This document shows, one piece after another, positions 34,470-47,543 of a stretch of DNA of 64,000 bases. This DNA comes from Ginglymostoma cirratum. Its lineage: Eukaryota. How positions within the stretch are numbered: the stretch's first letter is position 1; the number at the start of each line of letters is the position of its first letter. The position numbers and the translations under genes were made by a program. Below the pieces are notes generated by a model, which saw nothing but the letters and a program-made list of their open reading frames with translations, was not told the origin of the DNA and did not search any database. The stretch lies in contig JAHRHZ010000022.1 of NCBI GenBank assembly GCA_024137785.1, forward strand, positions 23,637,434-23,701,433. Reading direction: 5' to 3'.

Positions 34470-35215
34470 TTAAAGGTTGGAATCTAATCGATTGTTTGAG
34501 TGGTTTACGTATATATTTATACATATAGAAAAGTGGATGCCCACATATACTTTGAAAGCAGAAGACTAACCAAAGTATGCGTTAGGTGGCTTATATACAG
34601 AAAAGATGATGCTCAGGAGTGAGTTCCAATCTGGAATTTTAGTGAGATGCTTAGATGGTTTATATATAGAACAGCAGATACCCAGGAGTCAGGTACAGGC
34701 TGGAAGCAGACTGAAGGATTTTGGTGGTTTGTACAGAGAACAACAGATACCTGTGAATGAGTTACAGGTCAGGGTCTAATTGAGGGATTCCGGTCAGTTA
34801 TATTATTTAGAAAATGGATATCTGGGAAGATTTACAGGTTGTATCTAATCCAGCAGGTATAATAACTTATACTTCTGGGCTAATTTTCCAAGTGCAAGCT
34901 CCCAGCATAGAGTCTTGGCTGGCAGGAACACATATGGAGGACTCAAAATTCACTCTGCCTGGTTTCCCAGTTTGAACTTCTGACAGGAGCAGCTCTGTTT
35001 GTGCTGCACGGTCAGAAAATCAACACATGCTGGAGAACAACAATGGATGTCCCAGGAGTGAGCTACAGGCTGCATTCTAATTGAAGGGGATGGATAGCCT
35101 CTGTGTAGAATAATGGATACCAGGAAATCCAGGCTGGAATCTGATTGAGGGTTTCTGATGGCTTCCATATGGAATAAAAGTGGGTGCTGGGGAGTGAATT
35201 ACAAGCTGGGATTTA
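34470..35215. repeat. Degenerate ~69-bp satellite array in two blocks
   Basis: Unit approximately GGAGTGAGTTACAGGCTGGAATCTAATTGAGGG...GGTTTATATATAGAA..CAGATACCCA. CAGGAGT at 34614 and 34683 gives a period of 69. Confidence 0.75.
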
Positions 35216-35239
35216 ACTTGTAGTGCTCATTTTCAATAA

Positions 35240-35530
35240 TGTAAACCAAGGCCCCATTAGCTCTCAATGAATGTAAAAGATCATATGGTGCTATGAAGAG
35301 GAGTCAGAACATTTGCCCTTGTGCAGTGGCCAATATTTATCCTCAACCAACATCATTAAAAAGCAGATTTTCTGGTTATGATCATTTTGGTGTTTATAGG
35401 AACTTCCTGACCACATATTGACCATGTTTCATACATAACAACAGTGACTGTGATTTTTAAAAAATGAATGACTGTAAATTGCTTTGAGCCATCCTGAAGT
35501 TGTGTAAGGCACAAGCTCTTTTCTTTCTTT
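35240..35530 (+). mobile_element. DeuSINE 3' part
   Basis: GGCCAATATTTATCCTCAACCAACATC...ACAACAGTGACT...CATCCTGAAGTTGTG. Confidence 0.65.
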
Positions 35531-36569
35531 ATAAAAGCATCAGAAGGTGGGGGGTGTGGGGCTCAAGTTCACTCTGGTTATTTCATCTACAAAGCACCTT
35601 ACAGTGAATCATCTTTGTATTATGCAGTTTACAATATTCCTGTCTTTTGGTAAACACTCTAGTTCTCTGGTTGGAAGAAAAATTCCAGACAAAATGGTAC
35701 TGTTCCTCCAAGAGTGTCCAGAAATTTTAATTTCCATAACACTGCTGCTGTCAAATCTGGGAGAAAAATCGTTTGGTGGATTAAAGAAAAGTGCTTCCTT
35801 TTAATTTCCTTTGAAAGTTCACATTTATTAGTTGCAAAAATATTAGACTTGGGAAAAAATTCTGTTGGAATGAAAACCATGAATCACCAAATCAGTTATA
35901 AGGCATCTTACTGCTTTCTAATTAGCCATGTGATAACGTAACCAATGGCTAAAGAGTATGGACAGAGTGGTTTGAGGTCATGTGATGAAATCTTTAGGGC
36001 ATGCCTGAACAGTGTTGGCAACTCCGGCAAACAGTGATTTCCAATATAAATGCTCAGTGGAGACCACTGAGTGAAACTCTGTTGTACTGTCAGCTCTGCA
36101 GTCACTGTCATTTCCTTTCTGTTATTAAAAAGTACCTTGAGAGATGTGTTAACCTCTTAGGAGCTGCTGCTGCAGTACTGTGATCAAATTAACTTAAATA
36201 ATAATGGATTGTGCAAGGGAATTGTATATAAGCAGATCTCAGTCATTTAACTGTCCTCACTGCCCTGCTATTACGCAAGGGGAGTCCATCACCTCTGCAC
36301 CATTATTGTCCATGCCACCCTTTGCCTTTTTAGCTCTGTGCAGTTATGCAGGAGTCTGCTATCACGAACAAGGTAGCTGGCATGTGTTAGGTAAAACTGA
36401 GTTCATCACTGACATCACCATATTACTTCTTCAGCTGAGAAACCTTGGAATGAGCAGGAGCTGAGACCATTCTGAACAAAGAGCTGCAGCTTGCATTATA
36501 ACAATTTGAACAAAGGGGAAAGATGTTAAAGGAGATGTGTCTAAGATAAAATCACCCAGAAACACAGCT

Positions 36570-37425
36570 AACATTTGTGGAGAGGCTATAGGTCAATTGG
36601 AGACATGGGCAGAAAAACGGCAGTTGGAGTTTAATCTGGACAAATGAAGGGTGGTGAATTTTGGAAGGTCAAGTGCGGGTGAAAATTATGCAGTGAATGG
36701 CAGAACCCACAGAGTATTGATATGCAGAGGGATCCGTGTGCAGGTCTGCAGATCACTGAAGGTAGCAGCACAGGTAGATAAGGTAGTTAAAAAAGGCTTA
36801 GAGCATGCTTGCATTCATTGGAAGGGGCATTGAGTATAAGGATAGGCAAGTTATGCTGCAGCTTTATTGAACTTTAGTTAGGCCACACTTGGAATATTGC
36901 GTACAGTTCTGGTCACCACACTACTTGAAGGATGTGGATGCTTTGGAAAGGGCACAGAAAAGGTTTACCAGGATGTTGCCTAGTAAAGAGGATTTTAGCT
37001 ATGAAGAAAGGTTGGATAGGCTGCGTTTGTTTTCACTGGAATGCAGGATATTGAGGGGTGACCTAATAGAAGCTTATAAGATTGTGAATGGCATAGAGTG
37101 AAAAGTATGAGGCTTTTTTCCAGGGTGGAGGGGTCAATTATTAGGGGACACAGGTTCAAGGTGCGAGAGGGGAAGTTTAAAAGAGATGTGTGAGGCATGT
37201 TTTTCACACAAAGGCTGGTGAGTGCCTGGAACATGTTGCCAGAGGAGGTGGTGGAAGCAGACCAATAGCAGCATTCAAGAACCACCTCAACGAAACATGA
37301 ATAGGAAGGGATCAGAGGGATACGGATCCTGTAAGTGAAAATAGTTTTAGTATGGAAGGGCAAATTGTGGCAGCGCAGGCTTGGAGGGTTGAAGGGCCTG
37401 TTCCAGTGCTGTATCGTTCTTTGCT
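36570..37425 (+). mobile_element. CR1/HER1 LINE 3' fragment, relatively young
   Basis: TLVRPHLEYCVQFWSPHYLKDVDALERAQKRFTRMLP...RGDLIEAYKI, and the tail GAAGGGCCTGTTCC. Confidence 0.9.
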
Positions 37426-38312
37426 CTAGGTGTGCTAAGTTGACATTTCAGGTGTAAACTTGACTATCTCATCTTTATGTATGTGTTTAGCCAGGTCACG
37501 GTGACCAGATTTAAGTACAGATTTTCTTGCTTGCTCCTGACAAGTATGCACTCTGTAGGTGGTATAATCAAATAGTCCTCTGTTTACAGGGATTGCTGAA
37601 CAAGTACTATTGTCGACAAGCATTACCTTGATTCCACAGGCTTGAGAGATTTTCTCTGAATTTTGTTTTCCCGGACAGAAAGTCTTGTCTACATGTAATG
37701 ACCCAGATCAGGCTGAAATGGGACATCTTGCCCCATTTGTCAGTCTTTTTTGCTCATTCCTCTGTTTACAAATATTTCACCCTGCAGGTTTCTGGAAGTT
37801 CGAGGTGATTACAGGGCATCAGGGATATTAATGAACATCTATCTGTCTCCTTGGCCTGTAAAATTGAACATAAAGAATGAAAGCGAGAAACAACAGATAA
37901 GAAAATAAGGTGAATTTGAGACAAACCAGGTTCAGCAATAAAAATAGTGAGAGAAAATAAGGCTAATGAGAGACATAACAAACAAACAGAAACAAAAGAA
38001 AAATAAAATCTAAGTATTTCATTTCTTTTTAAATCACTAAGAACAATTACCTACCTTGAAAAATGGGACTCCATAGTTTGAATTGTTACCTTTCTGAGCT
38101 AGGGAGGTCGTGGCACTAGAACAACTTAACTATCCTCATCAAAAACACACGTCAACTGGGCTATTAGACTAAGTTTATGTGGTGAGTTTACCAGTTAACT
38201 CGTGCAAAAATAGCAATTTCATGATACAAGGAGGTTAAGGATAAGCTGCTGTTTGCACTAGGCTCAAGTGATGCAGAAACCTTGTGGTGATCATGCCCCC
38301 TCACATTTATGT

Positions 38313-38490
38313 TCTAATCCTTAATGTACACAACAAACAGCAACAGTGCCAGCACTGAACCCTGCAGAACACCACTGAAAACAGACTTCCAGTCACAGAG
38401 ACATCCCGCTATAACTACCCTCAGTTCCATGCCTCTCAGCCAATTTTGAATCCAATGTTCCATTTTGCCATGTGTCCCTTCATTATAGCC
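38313..38490 (-). mobile_element. CR1 RT fragment
   Basis: WIQNWLRG...WKSVFSGVLQGSVLALLLFVVYIKD (cf. SGVPQGSVLGP). Confidence 0.85.
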
Positions 38491-39554
38491 ATTTCCTCTC
38501 TTCACAGATGCTGCCAGACCTGCTGGATTTCTCCAGCATCCTCTGCATTTGTCCCATGGTTACAGTTCTGTCTTTGTTCAATACTCGGCCAAGTGCTTTA
38601 CTAAATACTGCTGTGTTTCTTTTTATTGAAACATTTTAAAACATCACAAACCTGAGATATTTGTTTAACATCCATCATGATGTGTTGGCATTGGCCCTTA
38701 GTGCCCTTCCACATTTCTGGGAAGACTTTGTCCAAAAACTAGATTCTGGCAAAGTGAGTTTGGAATTCTTATTGTGTTAAAGCCCCTTGTTTTTATACTG
38801 CAAGAGCAAGTGCAGGATCCCATCTAATTGAACAGACTCCTAAATCTTCTTCAAGATCTGTGTCTGACCTCTTGTCTGCATGGCAGCAGAAGCAAGCCTT
38901 TTAAACAGTGGCAGTCATCTTTTATATACATTCAGAAATGTATTAACAATTAATGCTGAGGTTCCATTTATAATCACAGGCTCCAATCTGGTTTCTGTAA
39001 TTAGCCTTTTCCTAATATTTGCCCACAGAACAGATTAATAGCTTCCTCCTGTCCAGCTCCCTCCCCAGAGGGTTTTGCAAAATCATTTTGAAATGGTGCG
39101 TTTGATAGTTCTGGAGTTGCCATACAGCTAATAGAATCAGATTTAAATTTTTACAGCAGTCTCCAGAATGGCAGGCCAGCTTTCTCTTCCAGAGATTCAA
39201 GCACCTATTGAGGGTATGCTGCTTTGCCAGAGATGCCATCTTTCAGATGCATTATGACACTGATGCCCCGTTTTCCCTGTCAAGTGGGCTTTAAAAAGCC
39301 CAGAAAGTGTTTCAAAGGAAAACAATGGGGTTTTCTCCAATGTTTATCCCTCAACCGATGCCTAAAACAGATTATCTTGTCATTATCCTATTACCAACTC
39401 ATTTTCGAGGCTACAATAGTGTCTACAACTCAGTAATATGTTATTGGTTCTAAAGGGCTTTGGAACGTCTTGCGATCATGAGAATAGTAACTCCAATAGT
39501 AACTCCAAGCCCCTTTACTGCATGACTCTTATTCCTATTTTCTCTGATTATCCC

Positions 39555-41100
39555 ATTGTTAAAAAAAGGGATAGATCAGGAATTCACAAGCCTGTCAGTC
39601 TAACTCCAGTGGTTGGGAGGCTACTACAAATAATTCTGAGGAACAAGATATGCCTGCATTTGGAGAAACAAATTAATAAAGAATAATCTGTGAAACAACT
39701 CCACAGAGGCCAGTATGCCGTCAACAAGTTATCCTTTATTTACATGCGTGTAGTACTTGACACTGCTCCGGCTTCCTCAGAACCAGCCCTCAGAGTGAAC
39801 AGAACCTCTGACACTCTTGTTTATAGCTCCAATCAGGGAACTCATATTCTATGGGATCCACCTGGCTGAACCCATTATAATCAATACAGACCATGTTGAT
39901 TTGTTAAGGGAAGGTTGTGTTTGATAAATTTGATCAAGTTTTTGGGGAGGTAATTGGAGTGTTCATGAGCGTAATGCATTTGATGTTTCTTTCGTGAACC
40001 TTAAGAAAGGCTTATAATAAGGAATCTCATGGAAGATTGGCCAAGAAAGTAAGAGCCCTTTGGATCCAAGACAACATGACATGTTGTATCCAAAACTGGC
40101 TGAGAGGCAGGAAGCAGAGAATGACAGTAGAGGAATGTTTCAGTAACTTGAAGTTTGTTTCCAGTGGGGTTCTGCAGGCTTCAGTGCCGGGGCGCTTCTG
40201 TTTGTGGTGATGATTTGCACTTAAATGTAGTGGCTATGATCATGAGGCACACGCATGAATCAAAATTTGGCAGGGTGGTAAGTACTGAGGAGGATACCCA
40301 TAAACTGCAGGATATCAACAGACTGCTTAGATGAGCAGAGCAGTGACAAAGGGGAGTCAGCACAGAAGAGTGTGAGGTAATGCACTTGGAGAGGGCAGGA
40401 GGATCACACCATGATCATTCTGGATATCACTGAAGATCAAAGGGACCTTGGAGTGCAGATCCATGAAGGTAGCAGGGTAAGTAGATAAGGTGGTTGAGAA
40501 AGCTTATGGAATTCTTGCCTTTATCAGACAAGGCACAGAACACAAGAGCAGGAATGTAATGCTGAAACTGTTTAAAATGCTGGTTAAGTCACAAGTGGAA
40601 AACTGTGTGTACTTATGGGGACTACATTATAGGACGTATATGATTGCATGAGAGAGGGTGTAGAGGAGATTCACCAGGATGCTGCCTGGCCTTAAGTGTT
40701 TAAACTATGAGAAGAGATTGGATAGGCTGGGATTTTCCTTGGAGCAACGATGGTTGAGCGTGCACCCGCTTAAGTACGTAACATTATGAGGGGCATTGAT
40801 AGTGTGGATAGGAAGAACATAGGTTTAATGTGAGAGGTAGAAAGCTAAAAGGGGAGTTGAGTTTTTTTTTTTACCTAGCGGGTAGTGGAAGTGTGAAACT
40901 CATTGCCTGAAAGTGTGGTTGAATCAGAAATTCTCATAACCTTTAAGCTTGTTGGATATTCACTTGCATGTCCATGGCCTCCGGGACGACGGGCCAAAAG
41001 GTGAAAAATGGGATGAGTGTTGTCGGATCTTCGTTGACTGGCACAGACACGATGGGCTGAATGTTCTAGCTCTGTGCTGTAAATGCCTATGAGTCTACGG
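39555..41100 (+). mobile_element. CR1 LINE RT to 3' end with a solo LTR insertion
   Basis: KPVSLTPVVGRLL and IQNWLRGRKQR, followed by the 3' tail GATGGGCTGAATG. Confidence 0.85.
39689..39888 (-). mobile_element. Short solo LTR (200 bp), Gypsy-like
   Basis: TG...CA termini, AATAAA on the minus strand, and it interrupts a continuous CR1 sequence. Confidence 0.55.
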
Positions 41101-41199
41101 GTATGCTCACCTAAACACAGAACAACAACAAATGATAAAGTAAATACTGAATAAAAGAAAGCAAGAGAAACATTCGTCTGTGTCCCTTTTTAAATCGTT

Positions 41200-42300
41200 G
41201 ATCATCTAAATGCAAACAAAAACTTGGTGTTGATTTTAAACGACCTTCCTCGTTTTCTTTGCTAGTTAACCACGTAATAGTGCATCAAGCGACTTCCTCT
41301 ATGTTTTACTAGCTGCAGCCTCGGCAGAATTTCTTCATTTCACGTGTTATTGCAGTGTGGGATTCCCTCTCCTGTTAACGCTTCCAGGCAGGAGCCATAT
41401 TAAAACAGCTGGCAGCTGAGAAATATCAATAAGCCTGACCAAACAGGCAAAGCTGACAGACTGAATGGAACCAGGGCCTCCCTTCCCCATCACGGGCAAT
41501 TGGTCATGGCAAAGGAAGTCAGCGGGATACGGCTATGGCACAAAAGGCACATAAAACAGACAGCTGGCAGCAGCTAAGAAGCCAGGTCTTGTTTTTTGCC
41601 TGCTGCTCGTACAGATACCAACTGTTGTTCCCCCTGCCACGGATAATCTTGAGATCGTTGCGATGAAACTGACTGCACACTCTGCACTCAATTGACACAT
41701 GCTTAGTGCATGCTTGGTGCATGCTTGACACATGCTTACTAAAAACACGGCACATGTGTCGCCGTTCACTCTCATATTTTAATAAAAACAGCAAGTGAAT
41801 AAACTGAAGCCTGCTGTGCTGAAGAATCTGGATTCGAACCAGGATCTGCCAGCGGGAGTTTTATTCCACACAAGTACTGTCTTCTCAAACATCCCACTGC
41901 CAAATCTCTGTGTAATATCAACTTTTAGCAATTACCATCTTTATTAGTACTTTTGCAACATTCTGTTACACCGAGGGCAGTTTTCCCCCTCCTAAATGTA
42001 ATTGTCTTTGACTCCCCCCTCCCTCTTTCTCTCTCGCTCTTTTCTCTCTCTCTCTGCCTATCTCTCTCTCTCCCTCTCTCTCTCAGTCAGCCCCCAGGGA
42101 AAAGATAGAAATGAATTAAAGTACCAGCCAAGTTCATCTGCAGACAGAATAAGGACAGGCAGGGGTTGAGGCAGTGAATAATGAGATTCGGTATCATTGC
42201 CTTTGTAAAAGGATTGTGCTGTGATGTTGCCTGATTTAGATCAAATACATTCTGTTCATTTTTATTTTAATTAAAAGGGACATTTTCAGCTCCCCAAGTG
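41200..42300. promoter_or_regulatory. Transposon-free, motif-dense block; candidate conserved non-coding element or enhancer
   Basis: CAGCTG E-boxes at 41406, 41413 and 41561, GGGATTCCC at 41359-41367, a CATGCTT array, an isolated B-box and retained CpGs. Confidence 0.35.
42024..42084. repeat. Imperfect (CT)n microsatellite
   Basis: Direct observation. Confidence 0.9.
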
Positions 42301-42509
42301 GGTAAAGACAACAATATTCATTGCTATCCACTGACCTCTGCTGGAAAGCATTTGTGAATTGGTCCGATAGGGACAAGGTGGGTATGGCTGGCTTGTGATG
42401 CCTCCTACGTTTAAATAGTCAAACAACACTTGGCTGAGTCTCTCGAATGAAGAACTGGCAGCTTGGCACATTGTGCGCATGGACATTGACATGTTTGCGT
42501 ACATGCGGG

Positions 42510-43165
42510 GATATGTGTGTACACGTGTGTGTGGGTGTTTGTGTACAGTGGTATGTGTATGAGGGGCTGGGTGTGGGGCGTATAGTGTGTGCGTGCGTGG
42601 ATGGGTGAGTATGCACCTTTGTTGTACGTGTTGTGCGTGTGAATGTGTTTGTGCCTGCAGACCTGTACGTATAGATGAGCGTGTGTGGCTGTATGTAATC
42701 ACAGATGTTTGTGCAGATGTTTATATGCAAGTGTGTGTGTAGATATGTGTGTGAATGTGTGGATGTGGATGTGTGTGTGCAGATGTTTTTGTGTGCAAAT
42801 CTGTGTGCGTGGATTTGTGTATGTCGATATACGTGCGGACTAGTGTGTGCAGATGTGTATGTGTGGAAATTTTATGTGGATATGTGTGCGTTTGTGTGTG
42901 TGTGGGTGCAGATGTGTGTATGTGTATGTATGCATAAGTGTATTACGCAGATGTATGTGCGGATGTCAGTGCGTAGATCTGTGCGTACCAATGCGTGTAT
43001 GTGCGGATGTCAGTGTATAGATCTGTGCGTACCAATGCGTGTATGTGNNNNNNNNNNGTGCGGATGTCAGTGTATAGATCTGTGCGTACCAATGCGTGTA
43101 TGTGTGGATGTCGGTGTATAGATCTGTGCGTACCAATGCGTGTATGTGTGGATGTCTGTGTGTGC
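42510..43165. repeat. TG-rich low-complexity tract ending in a 44-bp minisatellite (about 42950-43155) with a 10-N gap
   Basis: Unit GTATGTGCGGATGTCAGTGTATAGATCTGTGCGTACCAATGCGT. GATCT occurs at 42976, 43020, 43077 and 43121; N at 43048-43057. Confidence 0.9.
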
Positions 43166-44972
43166 CCCTGTGTTTTCCTAATGTGAATTGCTTCACCATA
43201 GTCAGTGCCTGTCAACAGAGTTTTGGGATACTTTACAACATTAAAGGTGCTGTGTGAAGTGCAAGTCGTATTGTATGACCATTTTAAAGAAACCTTTTTT
43301 TTCCTATTTTTAACGTCTGGAAGTGTTACCACATACCACCGAACGGCTTTCCCAACATCGTGACTTTTTGACAATATTTTTATCGATCAGTTACCACCAG
43401 TAGGACACCCGGTTGAATATTTACCCACAAAGCCCATTATGAACAATGCAAGCTATTAAAAGTGAGGGAGGGGCATGGAGAATGGGAAGGGGCTAAGTCA
43501 AAATAAAGTCGGGGGAAGAAAACGCACTGTATTCCCTGCGGCATCCATTTCTCTGTAAAGGCATCGAGAGCATTGGTGGACATCGAGTGCTTCCTGCCCA
43601 ATGACACATGGGCACGAATGTAACTGTGGTAGCAAGGCAGCAGATATGAGCCCACTCCACGGCCTGCTGCCAGGACCTGATTGTAGTCAGTCTGGCCAGG
43701 CCCATGAGCAGTGAAGAGACCTGTTAAAGAAATGACAAACAGGCTTGGTGCTGTGGGGCTTAAATACAAACGCTTCTGTCTTTCTGAATCCAGTGCTCTA
43801 ACAGATTTTAACCATTGATTGGTTAGTTAACATGTAGATTAGCAAGATAGCAATTGGACAATATATGACAATCCCAGAATACAAAATAGTAACATTACCA
43901 AGGTGCTGAGCATCATTAGACAGATCATAGACTTCATTGAGGGTCATTGTCTTGAAGGGTTGATTGGGATAAAAGAAAATTCAATGGGTTCACATAGCGA
44001 TTATTGAGGTTCACATTGCGATGTTGAGAATATGTCCGGGACATCATTCATCTGATTTCAACCCCAATCTGGAGTGGGATGAATTGATTATACAGTCACC
44101 AATAAGCTCATGGTTCATAAACTGTCCTCTGATTCCTCCATGCTTCTGGGCAAACTCTCATGCAACAGAACTGGATCTGCATAAGGAGTAAGACCTGGCT
44201 TTAGATGCTACCATGTGTATTACTGAGGTTTGGCTCCTCCCAGTTCTCCAGATAGTGAGTTCCTAATCTGAGTTTGATATCACTATTTGGTAGCAGAATG
44301 GGTGCCAACAGATATAGATTTTTACAGATACAGATGCTGACCTGGGCTTTCATGAGAGATCTCCCAGTTTCTGGTTTCAGCCTGTGATTGAAGGGCACTG
44401 GGTAAAACATTGCCTATTCAGTTTACGCATTGAAAGCATTGTGGCTTCGAAAGGGAAACTCATGAAGAGCAATGGCTGACACAAACAGAATACACAAAGG
44501 CTAGCTGTAGACTTTGAACTCCATAATTCTTCCACTGCCTTGCATCTTCACTTCAATGACATTGATGCTTATCAGAGTATCTACACTCTTCCTCAGGAGC
44601 GGAAACAGAAGCCTTCTGTTCATTCACCCAAGCTTCATACAACTAATAGCTGCTTCTATGCGCAGTTCAGATCTCATTATCTAAATGGAGAGGGTCACAC
44701 TAGGACAACATAAATCTTCAAATGCCAAATCCCAAGCTCAGTCTCTCCTCAGCTGTGAGTATGGAATCTATCCCCATTTTACCAGATCCCCTCCTTTCAG
44801 CTATGATGTCTTCCTGGCCATTGGGGTTGGTCCTTCATCAGTTTTTCTAATTTCTTTAAAATGCCCAGTTAAAGATGCAAGGCAGTAGACAATGAGGCCC
44901 CTGTTAGTATGCAGTGCCAGGAGAAATCCCATTTTCAAGCTCAAGACCTTTAAAAAGGGGCTGTGTCATTTC

Positions 44973-45093
44973 TGAGAGAAGTAAGAACTGCAGATGCTGG
45001 AGTCAGAGATAACACAGTGTGGATCTAGAGGGACACAGCAGACCAGGCAGCATCAGAAAAGTTGACGTTTCAGGTCAGGACCTTTCTTCAGAA
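44973..45093 (-). mobile_element. Penelope-like terminus (family A variant) with a decayed hammerhead
   Basis: The minus strand reads TTCTGAAGAAAGGTCCTGACCTGAAACGTCAAC. Confidence 0.7.
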
Positions 45094-45625
45094 GATTTTG
45101 AAAGAAATCATTCTAGGGTTGTGTGCATGGTGGGGAGGGGAGGAGCCAGGATGGTTGAGACAACTAAAGGAGAGAGTAAAAGGCTGCCAGTTCCTCAGGT
45201 AGGCCAGGTGGAAAGCCTGACTCAGGGCTTCAGAACTGTATTCAAAGTTTAACAATAAAGATTAAACTATTAAATGCCACCCTTTACTCTTCCATCTCCA
45301 TGCCAAACCACTTATTATCCAACATGGATATAACTTTGGAGGCAAACTGACAGAAAAAAAAATCAGTCTCTTGGTGATGTCACTATTGAAAGAAGCACAT
45401 TCTCATTGATACAAAACTCAGCCAATTCAGTAAAATTGCTTCAATTAATCCCTCGTATAAATGAATAATTTCACTTAAGTGCTTGATCTGTTATGCCAAC
45501 AAATATTTTCATTCAATAAGCAGTTGCTGCTGTCCATCAATAGGCATCTCATTATGAAAATGATATTTTCATTAATATATCATTCAGTACAGGCACACTT
45601 CCACAGTTAACAATCTTAACAGGGA

Positions 45626-45835
45626 TAGTAGGAATTGCAGATGCTGGAGAATCTGAGATAACAAAGCACAGAGCTGGATGAACACAGCAGGCCAAGCAGC
45701 ATCAGAGAAACAGGAAGGCTGACGTTTTGGGCCTAGACCCTTCTTCAGAAAATAAGGATTTAGGCCCGAAACATCAGCCTTCCTGCTCCTCTGATGCTGC
45801 TTGGCCTGCTGTGTTCATCCAGCTCTACACCTTGT
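45626..45835. mobile_element. Penelope-like inverted terminus pair (family A)
   Basis: TSD AATCTTAACAGGGA at 45612-45625 and 45836-45849; the arms are inverted around about 45755. Confidence 0.85.
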
Positions 45836-46165
45836 AATCTTAACAGGGACTCTTGAACCCCACACCCCAGCAAAAGGAATCCCTGATAGTCACTTCCAAA
45901 GGATAGCTGAGACCTCCCCAGTTGATTCCTGACTCCCATTTCTGAGTTGCTCTGTGTCCATACCTGTACGGTTACCTCAGCTCACCAAAGCAGTATTCTG
46001 TCACATACAATGGAAATGTACTCACACTGGTCTAATGTGTTCACATCAGATTCCAAACACCAAACTCTGATTTTAGTGGAGGGGGAATGGGATGCTACCT
46101 CTCAGAAACTTATATACACAAATCTTGGCCCACTCCACATCCCATCCCTGCAGAAATGAGAAATC

Positions 46166-46297
46166 AGAGATAAAAGGTACTGCAGATGCTGGAGAATCCA
46201 AGATAACAAGGCGTGGGGCTGGATGGACACAGCGGGTCAAGCAGCATCATAGGAGCAGGAAAACTTGATGTTTCGGGCCTAGACCCTTCATCAGAAA
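46166..46297 (-). mobile_element. Penelope-like terminus (family A) with a CUGAUGA hammerhead core
   Basis: The minus strand reads TTT-CTGATGA-A-GGGTCTAGGCCC-GAAAC-ATC-AAG. Confidence 0.8.
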
Positions 46298-46419
46298 TCC
46301 AAGTTTGGGAGCAGGACTCTGGGATTCCTGACTTCTTCTGAATTTTCTTTACTACATTGGAGGTTCTTTCTGTTCATGTTGAAAATCATGGATTGAGTTT
46401 ATCCAAAACATCAGAAATA

Positions 46420-47240
46420 AGCATGTAGGCATTTAGAGGAGTCCATTTAACCCCATGTGCCTGTAACCATTCAATGAGATGATGGTTGATCCAGGATCTA
46501 ACTCCATGTTCCACTGAAGCTGCTTTTTGTTAATGCTTTTAATTGACAAAAATCTGTCAATCTCAAGTTTAAAATGAATAATTGATCTGGTATTATTGAT
46601 TTGATCTGTGTGCAAGAGAATTTCACCCTCCTACCATTTATTGTACAAAGAAATATTTTGTAATTCCATTGCTAATAGATCAGGCTCTGTACCTATTCAT
46701 AACATTTTAATGTGATTATAGCTGAACATCAAGTCTCTTTGGGCTTCCAGTTTCTAGCTGTTCACCCTTTAGATACTATCCTGTCACAGTCTTTTTTAGG
46801 TCTAAAATACACGAACTTATGTTTGTCTACATTGAAATCGATGTACTGTGGCTTTGTCCATTCACTTAATCAATTACTTTCTCTTCATAGTTTTATACTT
46901 CTGTCTACATCTTTGACCATCAGAATGCATGGCATTTAATTTCACTGTTTAAGCCATGAATAAATATAATCAACTTTTGCAGATTCTTGTGGATCACCAG
47001 CCACCACATCCTGCCAATGAAAGTAACTGTTATCCCTAATTGGCAACTCAGCCAATTTCCTCATCAATCCATGACTTTCAACTTTAACTAACAGTCATTT
47101 GGTAGTGATTTTATGAACTGTCTTCTGGAGATCCACTCAAATAACATTTAACACCTAATATAATATTACCTTGTCGATCAGCTACATGAGGCATTAGCTG
47201 ACCTGTTCTAATCCATTCTGAATCGTCCTAGTCGTCTGGA
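46420..47240 (-). mobile_element. Old CR1 LINE fragment
   Basis: Reverse CR1 tail (CCATTCAATGAGATGATGGTTGATC) and decayed RT-region sequence. Confidence 0.5.
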
Positions 47241-47543
47241 CATTTTCAATTTTCATTTCTGGATGAATAGAAAGGGGAAGCCAGTTCATCCCTCTTCAGC
47301 CTGAAGCTTGATAATTTAGGGTATCATATCCGGCACTGTAATAACACGGGGAACCTAGATCAGGGTCTGGGCCTAACTGTAGGGCATCTACAATGTTTTT
47401 CTCACTTCCTTTAAAACTGGAATGAAGGCTATCTGGTGCTGAGGATAATGGGCGGATCCTTTCTGCTAAGAACAAAGTAACCAAGACATGGCTGTGGAGC
47501 AGTGTTGAGCAGGGAATGTTTGCTAATTTACCCGCTCCTCCAC

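Noticed and set aside
34470-35215. CRISPR-like array
   Set aside because: Whole units are homologous with no unique spacers, the context is eukaryotic and there are no cas genes. The same applies to the 35-bp and 44-bp repeats.
35780-35815. miR-430/302-like AAAGTGCTTCC
   Set aside because: No ~60-nt precursor hairpin and no cluster.
41800-41900. tRNA gene
   Set aside because: B-box only, with no A-box, D-arm or acceptor stem. The other tRNA-like heads belong to SINEs.
42286-43374. Cys/His/Thr-rich proteins
   Set aside because: They are translations of TG/CA low-complexity sequence and the minisatellite.
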